Below are positions 20,272 to 28,529 of a DNA stretch of 36,406 nt, piece after piece (position 1 is the stretch's first letter; each line of letters opens with the position of its first letter). Under the pieces are notes generated by a model that was given only the letters and a program-made list of their open reading frames with translations, was not told the DNA's origin and made no database searches. The stretch comes from Snowella sp. (lineage in GTDB: Bacteria; Cyanobacteriota; Cyanobacteriia; Cyanobacteriales; Microcystaceae): the NCBI GenBank assembly GCA_035285545.1, contig JAYKGY010000006.1, positions 1 to 36,406 on the forward strand, in the 5' to 3' direction. Both the position numbers and the translations under genes were made by a program.

Positions 20272-20784
20272 ATGATAGAGATGAGAATTGCTGGGATTGC
20301 CCTAGATGCAGTTACCCGTAGTCCGATTGTATTACTCAAAGATGGTTCAGAACGGCGCGCACTTCCTATTTATATTGGACAGGATCAAGCGAGGGCAATT
20401 ATGGCTGCCTTGGAAAATCAAAAGCCGCCTCGCCCATTGACCCACGATCTGATGGTGAATATGTTGACCACCTTGGATGTGGTGGTTGATCGCATTATTA
20501 TTCATTCCCTGCAAGATAATACCTTTTATGCCGTGCTGTGCGTGACTCAAGGTGAAGTGAAAAAAGAAATTGATTGTCGTCCCAGTGATGCGATCGCGAT
20601 CGCGATTCGATTAGGAACCCGTATTTGGGTCATGGAAGAAGTCATTGCCGAAGCCTCGATTCCGGTTGATCGAGATGCCGACGAAGAAGAACGCCAAGCC
20701 TTTCGCAATTTTGTCGCCAATCTCCGCCCTGGGGACTTAATCCAACGAGCCAGTTTTTCCGAAGACCCCAAAGAAGACAATTAA
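20272..20784 (+). CDS. Bifunctional nuclease family protein (DUF151)
   Basis: PIVLL, LPIYIG, RPLTHDL, FYA, IDCRPSDAIAIA motifs; GAGGA RBS. Confidence 0.92.
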   Translation: MIEMRIAGIALDAVTRSPIVLLKDGSERRALPIYIGQDQARAIMAALENQKPPRPLTHDLMVNMLTTLDVVVDRIIIHSLQDNTFYAVLCVTQGEVKKEIDCRPSDAIAIAIRLGTRIWVMEEVIAEASIPVDRDADEEERQAFRNFVANLRPGDLIQRASFSEDPKEDN

Positions 20785-20791
20785 ATTCATC

Positions 20792-20861
20792 TCACTATTC
20801 ACTATTCACTATTCACTACTCACTTTTAATTATTAATTATTAATTATTAATTGTTAATTAA
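20792..20861. repeat. Heptamer tandem array (TCACTAT)n grading into (TAATTAT)n
   Basis: Ten consecutive in-phase 7-mers: TCACTAT x3, TCACTAC, TCACTTT, TAATTAT x3, TAATTGT, TAATTAA. Confidence 0.85.
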
Positions 20862-20862
20862 A

Positions 20863-21987
20863 ATGCACTATCGTCGTTTTGGGAAAACCAACTTAAATTT
20901 ATCTGTTTTCTCCTTAGGAACGATGCGGTGTCTTGCCTCTGAATCCGTTATGGCTGAAACCGTCCATCAAGCGATCACGTTAGGAATTAATCATATTGAA
21001 ACCGCGAGAGGATACGGCAATAGCGAAGTTTATTTAGGAAAAGTTTTACAAAATATTGACCGAGAAAACTATTATTTAACCAGTAAAATTTGTCCCACCG
21101 ATAACCCGACCCAACTGCGAGAACAAATTGAAGACTCTTTACGACGATTACAAGTTGATTATCTCGATTGTTTAGCCCTTCATGGCATTAATACCGAAGA
21201 TCATTTCAAGCTGATTACTGGGCCGAATAGTTGTTTAAAAGAAATTGAAAAGCTACTAAATCAAGGAAAAATTCGTCATTTAGGGTTTTCAACTCATGGA
21301 TCTTTAGAACTCATTTTAAAAACAATTAAAACTAACTTATTTGAGTTTATTAATTTACATTATTACTACTTTTTTCAACGTCACAACGAAGCAATTAATT
21401 TGGCTCAAAAAAAAGATCTGGGCGTTTTTATCATCTCCCCTGCGGATAAGGGCGGACAACTTTATACTCCATCCGAGCAACTTCAAAAACTCTGTGAACC
21501 GTTTACCCCATTGGCTTTAAATTATCGGTTTTTACTCAGCGATCGCCGCATTACAACCTTGAGTGTGGGCCCTGCGAATGCCTCGGAATTAATCGAACCC
21601 TTAGCCGTTGCCGATCAGGATTATTCCCTAACAGCAGAAGAGCGGAAAATTTTTGAACAGCTAGAAAAACACCAAGCGGAAACCTTGGAGAGCGATCGCT
21701 GTCGTCAATGTTATCAATGTTTACCCTGTCCTGAAGCCATCCAGATTCCTGAAGTATTGCGTTTACGCAATTTGGCGATCGCGTACAATATGACAGACTT
21801 TGGCCAATATCGTTATCGAATGTTTGAAAATGCCGGTCATTGGTTTCCAGGTCAAAAAGGCGATCGCTGTACCGACTGTGGGGAATGCTTACCTCGCTGC
21901 CCCGAAAAGTTGGATATTCCCACCCTTCTACGGGATACCCATCAGCGTCTTAATGGTTCGCCCCGTCGTCGTCTCTGGGAAACTTAA
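20863..21987 (+). CDS. Aldo/keto reductase with C-terminal 4Fe-4S dicluster domain
   Basis: MHYRRFGKT, LGTMR, IETARGYG, GFSTHG; CRQCYQCLPCP and CTDCGECLPRCP. ATG at 20863 preferred to the TTG inside the repeat. Confidence 0.92.
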   Translation: MHYRRFGKTNLNLSVFSLGTMRCLASESVMAETVHQAITLGINHIETARGYGNSEVYLGKVLQNIDRENYYLTSKICPTDNPTQLREQIEDSLRRLQVDYLDCLALHGINTEDHFKLITGPNSCLKEIEKLLNQGKIRHLGFSTHGSLELILKTIKTNLFEFINLHYYYFFQRHNEAINLAQKKDLGVFIISPADKGGQLYTPSEQLQKLCEPFTPLALNYRFLLSDRRITTLSVGPANASELIEPLAVADQDYSLTAEERKIFEQLEKHQAETLESDRCRQCYQCLPCPEAIQIPEVLRLRNLAIAYNMTDFGQYRYRMFENAGHWFPGQKGDRCTDCGECLPRCPEKLDIPTLLRDTHQRLNGSPRRRLWET

Positions 21988-22004
21988 CAATGATTTGATG
22001 ATCT

Positions 22005-22562
22005 ATGAAAGCTAATTTTTTTCAGTCTGTCATTACTCTTCTCAGCTTTTATCTAGGGTTGTTAATCGGTTTTCCTACTGCTGCCATGGGCCAACCAACG
22101 AGTGAATCCTTCAGTTGCCAGTCGGCTTCTTCTGATATCTCCGAACCCGATCCCCTAAATACTCAAACCTTAATTTCCCAAGCAGATTTAAATGAAGCCT
22201 CTAACCTGCCGCCGAGCTTGTGGTGGGCCAAAGAACAGTTTGATTTTTTTGACGGTCGTTTAGTGACGAATTGGGTTGCCAATCCCGAACAGAAAAATAT
22301 TGATATTATCGTTAATCGTCAACTGTGGTCGCAGTTAAACTATTTGGAACGATATCGATTTGTAAATAAATTTGGAACCGTTGCGCGAGAAAATCAATAT
22401 AATTTGAGGGTCTTAAATCAACAACAAAAATGTTTAGTCTCCTATTTCTGTAATTTCCAAGTTATCCCGAATCAATGCCAAATGATTTTTGAAACCAATG
22501 AAGTGACAGGATTTCAGGTTCCTCAACCCCAATTAGGCGAGTTTCCGTTTAATTCTCAATAG
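22005..22562 (+). CDS. Hypothetical exported protein, cyanobacterial type
   Basis: Signal-peptide-like N-terminus; 'PSLWWAKEQF...NW...VNRQLWS.LNYLERYRFVNKFG..AR'; 17 bp after the AKR gene. Confidence 0.75.
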   Translation: MKANFFQSVITLLSFYLGLLIGFPTAAMGQPTSESFSCQSASSDISEPDPLNTQTLISQADLNEASNLPPSLWWAKEQFDFFDGRLVTNWVANPEQKNIDIIVNRQLWSQLNYLERYRFVNKFGTVARENQYNLRVLNQQQKCLVSYFCNFQVIPNQCQMIFETNEVTGFQVPQPQLGEFPFNSQ

Positions 22563-22685
22563 TTCAATAGAACGCGATCGCTGCATGATCACGCTCGAAA
22601 ACAGGGAAAAATACGACCCATTTATGTAGTAGAAACTATTCAGGACAACGTAACTCGCTCTAAAAAGAGTTGCAAACAATCTACG

Positions 22686-23753
22686 TCAGATTTCATCCCA
22701 GCCCGAAATGCCTGAAGACATGACGTAACTAGTCACCGTTGCTTCAAAGAAATTGGCTTTAGTATGAGCTTCTTTTTTAGTATCCGAAAAACGTTCTAAA
22801 TGGGTGTAGGGACTCTTATCAAATCTAGAATCTTTATACAAGCTTTCTAAACCAATCGAACGTAAGCGCATATTGGCTAAATATTTTGTATATTGCTCTG
22901 TACTATATTCCGTAATCCCTAAAATATTATTACCGACAATATGATTTGTCCAACGCATTTCGTAATTAACGGCGGTATCAAACATTTCATAGATTTGATC
23001 CTTAGAATGGGTGAAAACTTCCATTGCTTCAGGAATGATTTTTTGATACAGACGCACATGGCTCAATTCATCCCGATTAATCATTTTAAAAATATCAGCC
23101 GATCCTGGCATCAACATCCGCGAAGCAAGGTTATAAAAGTAAATAAACCCGTTATAAAAATAAATTCCTTCTAACAAGAAATCTGCCATTAAAGCAATAA
23201 AATAATTCTCCTGAGTCGGATTATCGACATATTTTTGATAAAGCCCTGCAATAAATTCACACCGTTCTTTTAGAACCCTATCTGTCCGCCAAAATTCATA
23301 AACTGCACTGCGTTTATCGGAAGGAATAATGGTTTCAATCATGTATTGATAACTCTGATTGTGCATTCCTTCTTGAGAAATTTGTTCTGCCATACAAAGG
23401 CTAATTTCAGGTGCAGTAACACTACTTTTAATATGGGGAATATTACAAGTTTGGACAGAATCTAAAAAGGTTAAATAGGCTAAAATCCCATCAAAAGCTT
23501 GTCGTTCTTCGTCGGTTAAATTCCAATAATCGGTAACATCTTGGGTCAAATCCAGCCGCTGCGGAATCCAAAAATTTTCTCTCATCTGTTGATACAAACC
23601 GACTGCCCAAGTGTATCGAACATCATTGAGTTGCATCAAGTTTGTCGTATTACCAAACCAAATGGTACGGTTGGCGATCGCGTCATCCCCACTGGGATTA
23701 AAAATCGGGGTAACGGGCATTTGTTTGCCAGATTCTATGCAATTAGCTAACAT
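22686..23753 (-). CDS. nrdB: Class I(a) ribonucleotide reductase beta (R2) subunit
   Basis: FW.P; metal ligands FLD, EGMH, LEG, DELSH; radical Tyr in HNQSY; C-terminal NFFE...Y. Confidence 0.95.
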   Translation of the reverse strand: MLANCIESGKQMPVTPIFNPSGDDAIANRTIWFGNTTNLMQLNDVRYTWAVGLYQQMRENFWIPQRLDLTQDVTDYWNLTDEERQAFDGILAYLTFLDSVQTCNIPHIKSSVTAPEISLCMAEQISQEGMHNQSYQYMIETIIPSDKRSAVYEFWRTDRVLKERCEFIAGLYQKYVDNPTQENYFIALMADFLLEGIYFYNGFIYFYNLASRMLMPGSADIFKMINRDELSHVRLYQKIIPEAMEVFTHSKDQIYEMFDTAVNYEMRWTNHIVGNNILGITEYSTEQYTKYLANMRLRSIGLESLYKDSRFDKSPYTHLERFSDTKKEAHTKANFFEATVTSYVMSSGISGWDEI

Positions 23754-23840
23754 TGACCAAGACTAACCAGAAAAAGGATTAAACGATAAGTATTAATCAG
23801 CTTAAACCAGTTAGCCATAAAAATCAAACCTAAGAAATCA

Positions 23841-23874
23841 AGAAGCTTAGTCCAGATCGGTCTAGTAAGCTTCT
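23841..23874. terminator. Inverted repeat between the inserted gene and nrdB
   Basis: AGAAGCTTA...TAAGCTTCT perfect 9-bp arms. Confidence 0.45.
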
Positions 23875-23990
23875 ATTAAGGATAGAGTCAGCTACAATCT
23901 TAATTTTTTGAATCTGAACCCAAAATTACTTTTCTGAAAATGTGTGTTTTAGCCTACAAAAGAATGATAATAAGGCAGCTATAGTTTTTG

Positions 23991-24284
23991 TTAGGATTCT
24001 GTAGTTTTATCAAGCCTATCGTTGGCATCTTTTGCTGATTGTATCCATTTTTTTCTAATGTTTTCAAAGAATAGCGCAGTACTCATTGCTGCACTGCCAC
24101 CTTGAACATTTCCTGAAACAATCATTAAAGATCCGCTTGATGCAACCACTATCTGTATAATCATTATGATGATCGTAAAATTAAAACTTAATTTTGCTTG
24201 TCGTAGCCTTTCTTGATAAAAAATACTAACTCTAGTATTATCTTTACTAAGGGGTATTGCTTTCTCATCTGACCCGTTAGACAT
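23991..24284 (-). CDS. Small two-TM protein resembling the cyanobacterial TRADD-N-associated membrane domain
   Basis: 'ERLRQAKLSFN' followed by two hydrophobic segments and 'AKDANDRLD'; AT-rich; GAGAG RBS. Family assignment is from recall. Confidence 0.65.
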   Translation of the reverse strand: MSNGSDEKAIPLSKDNTRVSIFYQERLRQAKLSFNFTIIIMIIQIVVASSGSLMIVSGNVQGGSAAMSTALFFENIRKKWIQSAKDANDRLDKTTES

Positions 24285-24603
24285 AATTATATCTCTCTGT
24301 TTAGAAAATAATCAATTTAAGTAACAAGAATTGCAAAGCTTAAAAACAAAATAATCAATATCAGCGAACAATAGTTATCAAAATTTTGGTAAATATCACC
24401 TCTTGCTACGACGACTACTATTTTCTCAAAATCTTTGTTTTCAACCTAGATGATAAGCTTTATCCAAAATTTCTTTTTTATAGAAATAGAGGTATTCTAG
24501 GAACTCTTGATCCAAGCTGCTGTTATGGATTGCTGTGTTTATATGATTAAAAAGAAATAGCCTTTCCTAAAACGAAAACTACAATTAAGAAATATGATTG
24601 AAC

Positions 24604-24640
24604 TCAAGGAATAAGATGAATTCAACACTTTATTCCTTGA
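24604..24640 (-). terminator. Hairpin immediately downstream of nrdA
   Basis: TCAAGGAATAA...TTATTCCTTGA perfect 11-bp arms, 9 bp after the nrdA stop. Confidence 0.6.
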
Positions 24641-24649
24641 TTAAAAAAC

Positions 24650-26956
24650 TTAATTAGCACAACTAGAACAGCCGCCATCAGACTCTTTAAAATCATCCTT
24701 TTGTACCGTTCGGACATAATAAACCGCCTTACAACCTTCTTGCCAAGCTAATACTAAGGTTTCAAAAATATCTTTAGCCGTTAAGCCGCGTTCAGGTTGA
24801 TCGGCAAAATAAACGCCTTGATTCAAATTAAACAGTAATTCCATTGAAATTCCCGTATCAATCCACTGCTGCATGGTGGCAACGGCTTTGATTACCTTGT
24901 CTTGATTCAGGCTTTTATTTTCAGGATAGAACCAGAAACAATCATTGATAAACGGTGGCGCGATGGGGACGGTTCCTTTAGCCCATTTGTCGTAGAAGAA
25001 GCGGCTATAAACCGGAAGAATGCTGGCAGTACACCCTTGCACCAAAGATGAAGAGGTATTGGGCGCGATCGCGGTGATCATGGAATTACGAATGCCGTAG
25101 GTTTTGATGTCCTCGGATAACTGAACCCAACGATCAGGCTGACTGGCATTACTTTGGAACCAATCTACAGGACGAGAATTAATTAAATGTCCCTTACTCC
25201 AATCACTGCCCGCAAAAGCGGCATAGGCTCCCCGTTCCTTGGCTAATTCCATCGATGCGTAGGTACACCAATAACCAATTTCTTCAAATAAATTGCTAAT
25301 TTTGCCTAAAGATTCATAATTTAACCGATTTTTTGCCAGCCAGTCGGCCAACCCCATTGCCCCTACGCCAATCGTGCGATAACGGTTATTGTGATTTTGA
25401 GCATCTTCAAAAGGCGGATGGGTGATCTCAATGGTGTTATCCAAAATTCGGACTGCCGTTTGACAATAATCAGCGAGTTCGACTTCTTCGATGTTGGCGA
25501 GATTGAGACTAACTAAATTACAGCAGTGGGCTTCTTGACCTGGGGCAACGTTAGAAAAAGATTCACAGCAGAGGTTAATGCCTGGAATATAACCCACATG
25601 CTTATTCGGATTAGCGCGATTGATTGTATCTTTAAACGCTAAATAGGGCATTCCCGTTTCTAGCTGCGATCGCATGATTTCTTTAAACAACTCACGGGCA
25701 TTAACGCGCTTGTAGAGCTTAATTTTTTGGTCTAACTGACTTTCGATTAACTGATAAGCTTGCTCAAATTTTTCTCCCCAAGCTTCTGCTAACTCGATTC
25801 CCAAGGCTTCGCGGACTTCATAGGGATCAACCAATGTCCAGTCTCCTTTATTCATCACCCGACGCATGAATTCATCAGGAATAATCAATTGAGGAAAGAC
25901 ATCATAGGCTTTACGGCGTTGATCTCCGTTTTCCGTCTGCATTTCCAAAAATTCAGGGACATCCATGTGCCAGATATCCACTCCAACGGTGACGGCTCCT
26001 GCTCTTCTGCCCCCCTGATTAACAGCGATCGCGGTGTCATTGAGTAATTTAATCCAAGGAATCACGCCCCCCGACGCATTGGGTTTGCCCATCACCGCCG
26101 AACCTGTGGCTCGAATGCGGCTGACATTGACCCCGACACCACCGCCATTTTTAGAAATTCTGGCAGTATTAGTAATTTCTCTAAAAATGCTCTCTAAATT
26201 GTCTTCCATCGCAATGATGAAGCAACTGGTTAAACTGCCGTTGGGAACCCGTAAATTCGCCAAGATGGGCGTGGCTAAACTAATTTTCCGTTTCGCGATC
26301 GCTTCATAAAATTCTCTGGCAGTTTTTAAGCGGTTCTCTGGCTGCTCTGGTAACGCTAACAGCAAAGCACAGGTTAAAAAGGCTTCCTGGGGTAATTCGT
26401 CTTTGAGGAGATAACGACTGGTTAATAAAACTGCCCCTGCGTAATCGTAATCTAAATCCCAATCGGCGTTAATCCAAGACCCGGCTTCTTCTAATTCCGC
26501 TACCGAATAGGCCGACATCCGTTCATCATACTGCCCTGACGCTAACTTCTCCTGAACCGCGATCGCGTACTGCCCGTACTGATAACCCCGACTGACCAAA
26601 ATATCTTTCCACAAACTCCAGATATGGAGTCGCCCCGCCACATAACGCCAATCCGGTTCTTCAGGACTGCACATTTCTAGGGCGCAATTAACCAAATTAT
26701 CCTGAATTTCCCGCGTGGTAATCCCATGCTTTAATCGAGTCGTTAAACCTGCTTCTAGGGCAATGGAATTAACATTAAGCCGAACACACGACCACGCCAC
26801 AACCGCCCGAATCCTGCCAATGTCCAAATTCGTCCAGGAACCATCCCGCCGAATCACCTGAATGCGATGGGAGCGAACAGGTGCAGACGAACCCTTATGG
26901 GGAGAAGAAACAGATGCTTGTTGGTTTTTTTGAGGGAGTGTCGCTGTCGGTTGCAT
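24650..26956 (-). CDS. nrdA: Class Ia ribonucleotide reductase alpha subunit with ATP-cone
   Basis: ATP-cone VIRRDG; ATP..AN, SCF, NQGGRRAGA, active-site NLCCE, APNTSSS, VYY, C-terminal CSSC. Start placed at MQPTATL (26956) because the longer ORF runs through the NrdR boxes. Confidence 0.96.
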   Translation of the reverse strand: MQPTATLPQKNQQASVSSPHKGSSAPVRSHRIQVIRRDGSWTNLDIGRIRAVVAWSCVRLNVNSIALEAGLTTRLKHGITTREIQDNLVNCALEMCSPEEPDWRYVAGRLHIWSLWKDILVSRGYQYGQYAIAVQEKLASGQYDERMSAYSVAELEEAGSWINADWDLDYDYAGAVLLTSRYLLKDELPQEAFLTCALLLALPEQPENRLKTAREFYEAIAKRKISLATPILANLRVPNGSLTSCFIIAMEDNLESIFREITNTARISKNGGGVGVNVSRIRATGSAVMGKPNASGGVIPWIKLLNDTAIAVNQGGRRAGAVTVGVDIWHMDVPEFLEMQTENGDQRRKAYDVFPQLIIPDEFMRRVMNKGDWTLVDPYEVREALGIELAEAWGEKFEQAYQLIESQLDQKIKLYKRVNARELFKEIMRSQLETGMPYLAFKDTINRANPNKHVGYIPGINLCCESFSNVAPGQEAHCCNLVSLNLANIEEVELADYCQTAVRILDNTIEITHPPFEDAQNHNNRYRTIGVGAMGLADWLAKNRLNYESLGKISNLFEEIGYWCTYASMELAKERGAYAAFAGSDWSKGHLINSRPVDWFQSNASQPDRWVQLSEDIKTYGIRNSMITAIAPNTSSSLVQGCTASILPVYSRFFYDKWAKGTVPIAPPFINDCFWFYPENKSLNQDKVIKAVATMQQWIDTGISMELLFNLNQGVYFADQPERGLTAKDIFETLVLAWQEGCKAVYYVRTVQKDDFKESDGGCSSCAN

Positions 26957-26973
26957 AGTTAACGCTTGGTTGT

Positions 26974-27021
26974 ACCACAGATGTAGTGTCATGAATCCAA
27001 ATAATACCCTAAATGTGGATA
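26974..27021. promoter_or_regulatory. Tandem NrdR boxes
   Basis: ACCACAGATGTAGTGT (26974-26989) and ACCCTAAATGTGGATA (27006-27021) resemble acaCwAtATaTwGtgt, with centres exactly 32 bp apart. Confidence 0.8.
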
Positions 27022-27314
27022 TTATCCTATGGATCAAATGTATGTTAGTTGTTTATCCGTGTTGTTATTTTCGCTACATTTGTGCAAAATTACTGACCTG
27101 AATTATGTTTAATCGTAAAGTTTTCGATACAATCCTTGACACTAGCTATAGAGTAAGAAATCATTACGTGCTGAAAAACTGAATTTGTGTCAGAGTATGT
27201 CTAATTTCTCTAGACATGGTGATCAGTAACAATTTTAGTTTTTAATAAATTTTAAAATGATCTTAATTGTTCAGGAGGTAAACGTTTCTTAAACCAGAGA
27301 TATCAAAGCTTTTG

Positions 27315-27343
27315 CTGTCAAAAACTGCAAAAATCCTTATAAT
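27315..27343 (+). promoter_or_regulatory. Sigma70-type promoter of rpaA
   Basis: CTGTCA-N17-TATAAT. Confidence 0.6.
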
Positions 27344-27372
27344 CAGTAAAGAAATTTCCTCGATTCACACCC

Positions 27373-27400
27373 TTAACAATTCTTTACAATTCTAAACATT
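27373..27400 (+). promoter_or_regulatory. HLR1-like triple direct repeat in the rpaA leader
   Basis: TTAACAAT-tc-TTTACAAT-tc-TAAACATT, 10-bp periodicity. Confidence 0.5.
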
Positions 27401-27420
27401 AATTGATTTGACCTTTAGTG

Positions 27421-28164
27421 ATGCCTCGAATACTCATAATTGACGATGACCCGACGATTTCTGAATTAGTATCCATTAACTTGGAAATGGCTGGTTATGA
27501 CGTAAACCAAGCGGAAGACGGGGTTAAAGGACAAGCTCTTGCCGTCCAATTTCAGCCCGATTTGATCATGCTGGATCTGATGCTTCCCAAGGTAGATGGT
27601 TTTACCGTTTGTCAGCGATTACGCCGCGATCCCCGTACTGCCGATATTCCCGTATTAATGTTGACTGCATTAGGGCAAATACAAGACAAAATCGAAGGAT
27701 TTAACGCAGGAGCCGATGATTATCTGACTAAGCCTTTTGATGTCGAGGAAATGCTGCTACGAGTACGTGCCCTATTACGACGAACAGATCGCATTCCCCA
27801 GGCGGCTAAACATTCAGAAATTCTTAGCCAAGGGCCATTAACCCTCATTCCTGAACGATTTGAGGCAATTTGGTTTGGAAAAAGCATTAAGTTAACCCAC
27901 TTGGAGTTTGAGTTATTGCATTGCCTATTACAACGGCATGGCCAAACCGTTTCTCCCAGCGATATTCTCAAGGAGGTGTGGGGTTACGAACCGGATGATG
28001 ATATTGAAACCATTCGGGTACATATCCGCCATTTAAGAACCAAATTAGAGCCAGAACCCCGTCGTCCCCGCTATATCAAAACGGTTTACGGTGCGGGTTA
28101 TTGTCTGGAACTCAACGATCAAGAAGAGGCTAATGTAGAAAGTGCGTCGGCAACGACGGTTTAA
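27421..28164 (+). CDS. rpaA: OmpR-family response regulator RpaA (circadian output regulator)
   Basis: [91 protein letters not shown]. Confidence 0.95.
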   Translation: MPRILIIDDDPTISELVSINLEMAGYDVNQAEDGVKGQALAVQFQPDLIMLDLMLPKVDGFTVCQRLRRDPRTADIPVLMLTALGQIQDKIEGFNAGADDYLTKPFDVEEMLLRVRALLRRTDRIPQAAKHSEILSQGPLTLIPERFEAIWFGKSIKLTHLEFELLHCLLQRHGQTVSPSDILKEVWGYEPDDDIETIRVHIRHLRTKLEPEPRRPRYIKTVYGAGYCLELNDQEEANVESASATTV

Positions 28165-28182
28165 CTCACTCGTCGATTCCTC

Positions 28183-28440
28183 ATGTCATCGGAAATTAGC
28201 ATCACGATTAAACTTTTTGCGGCCTATCAAGAAGCCTATGGATCGGGGGAATTAACGCGATCGCTTCCTGTTTCTACCTCTGTTTCTGATGTTCTCAATA
28301 TTTTACTAACAGAACATCCTGAATTAGAAAAGTGGCGATCGCTGACCCGTTTCGGAGTCAATCTTCAATTTGTCGAGGCCGATACCCGCTTACAAGATGG
28401 GGATGAAGTTGTTTTCATTCCTCCCGTCAGCGGCGGCTAA
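28183..28440 (+). CDS. moaD: MoaD/ThiS sulfur carrier (molybdopterin synthase small subunit)
   Basis: KLFAAY...VN...DGDEVVFIPPVSGG, ending in di-glycine. Confidence 0.92.
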   Translation: MSSEISITIKLFAAYQEAYGSGELTRSLPVSTSVSDVLNILLTEHPELEKWRSLTRFGVNLQFVEADTRLQDGDEVVFIPPVSGG

Positions 28441-28529
28441 AAAATCTTAACCTTGTCAGGAAAAACTCATCGTTTACGGGTTATGTTATCCTGTCAATAT
28501 TTCATGATGGCAGGGGAGGCTTGGTTACG

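Noticed and set aside
24316..24560. Short open frames upstream of the inserted TM gene (e.g. ...YCSLILIILFLSFAILVT*)
   Set aside because: No convincing start codon or RBS; expected by chance in AT-rich DNA.
24650..26956. Intein or intron in nrdA
   Set aside because: Normal length, continuous motifs and no splice signatures.
26957..27037. 27-aa N-terminal extension of NrdA in the ORF track
   Set aside because: Overlaps the NrdR boxes and does not look like RNR sequence.
27115..27130. NtcA site (GTA...TAC) between nrdA and rpaA
   Set aside because: The spacer is 10 nt, not the required 8.
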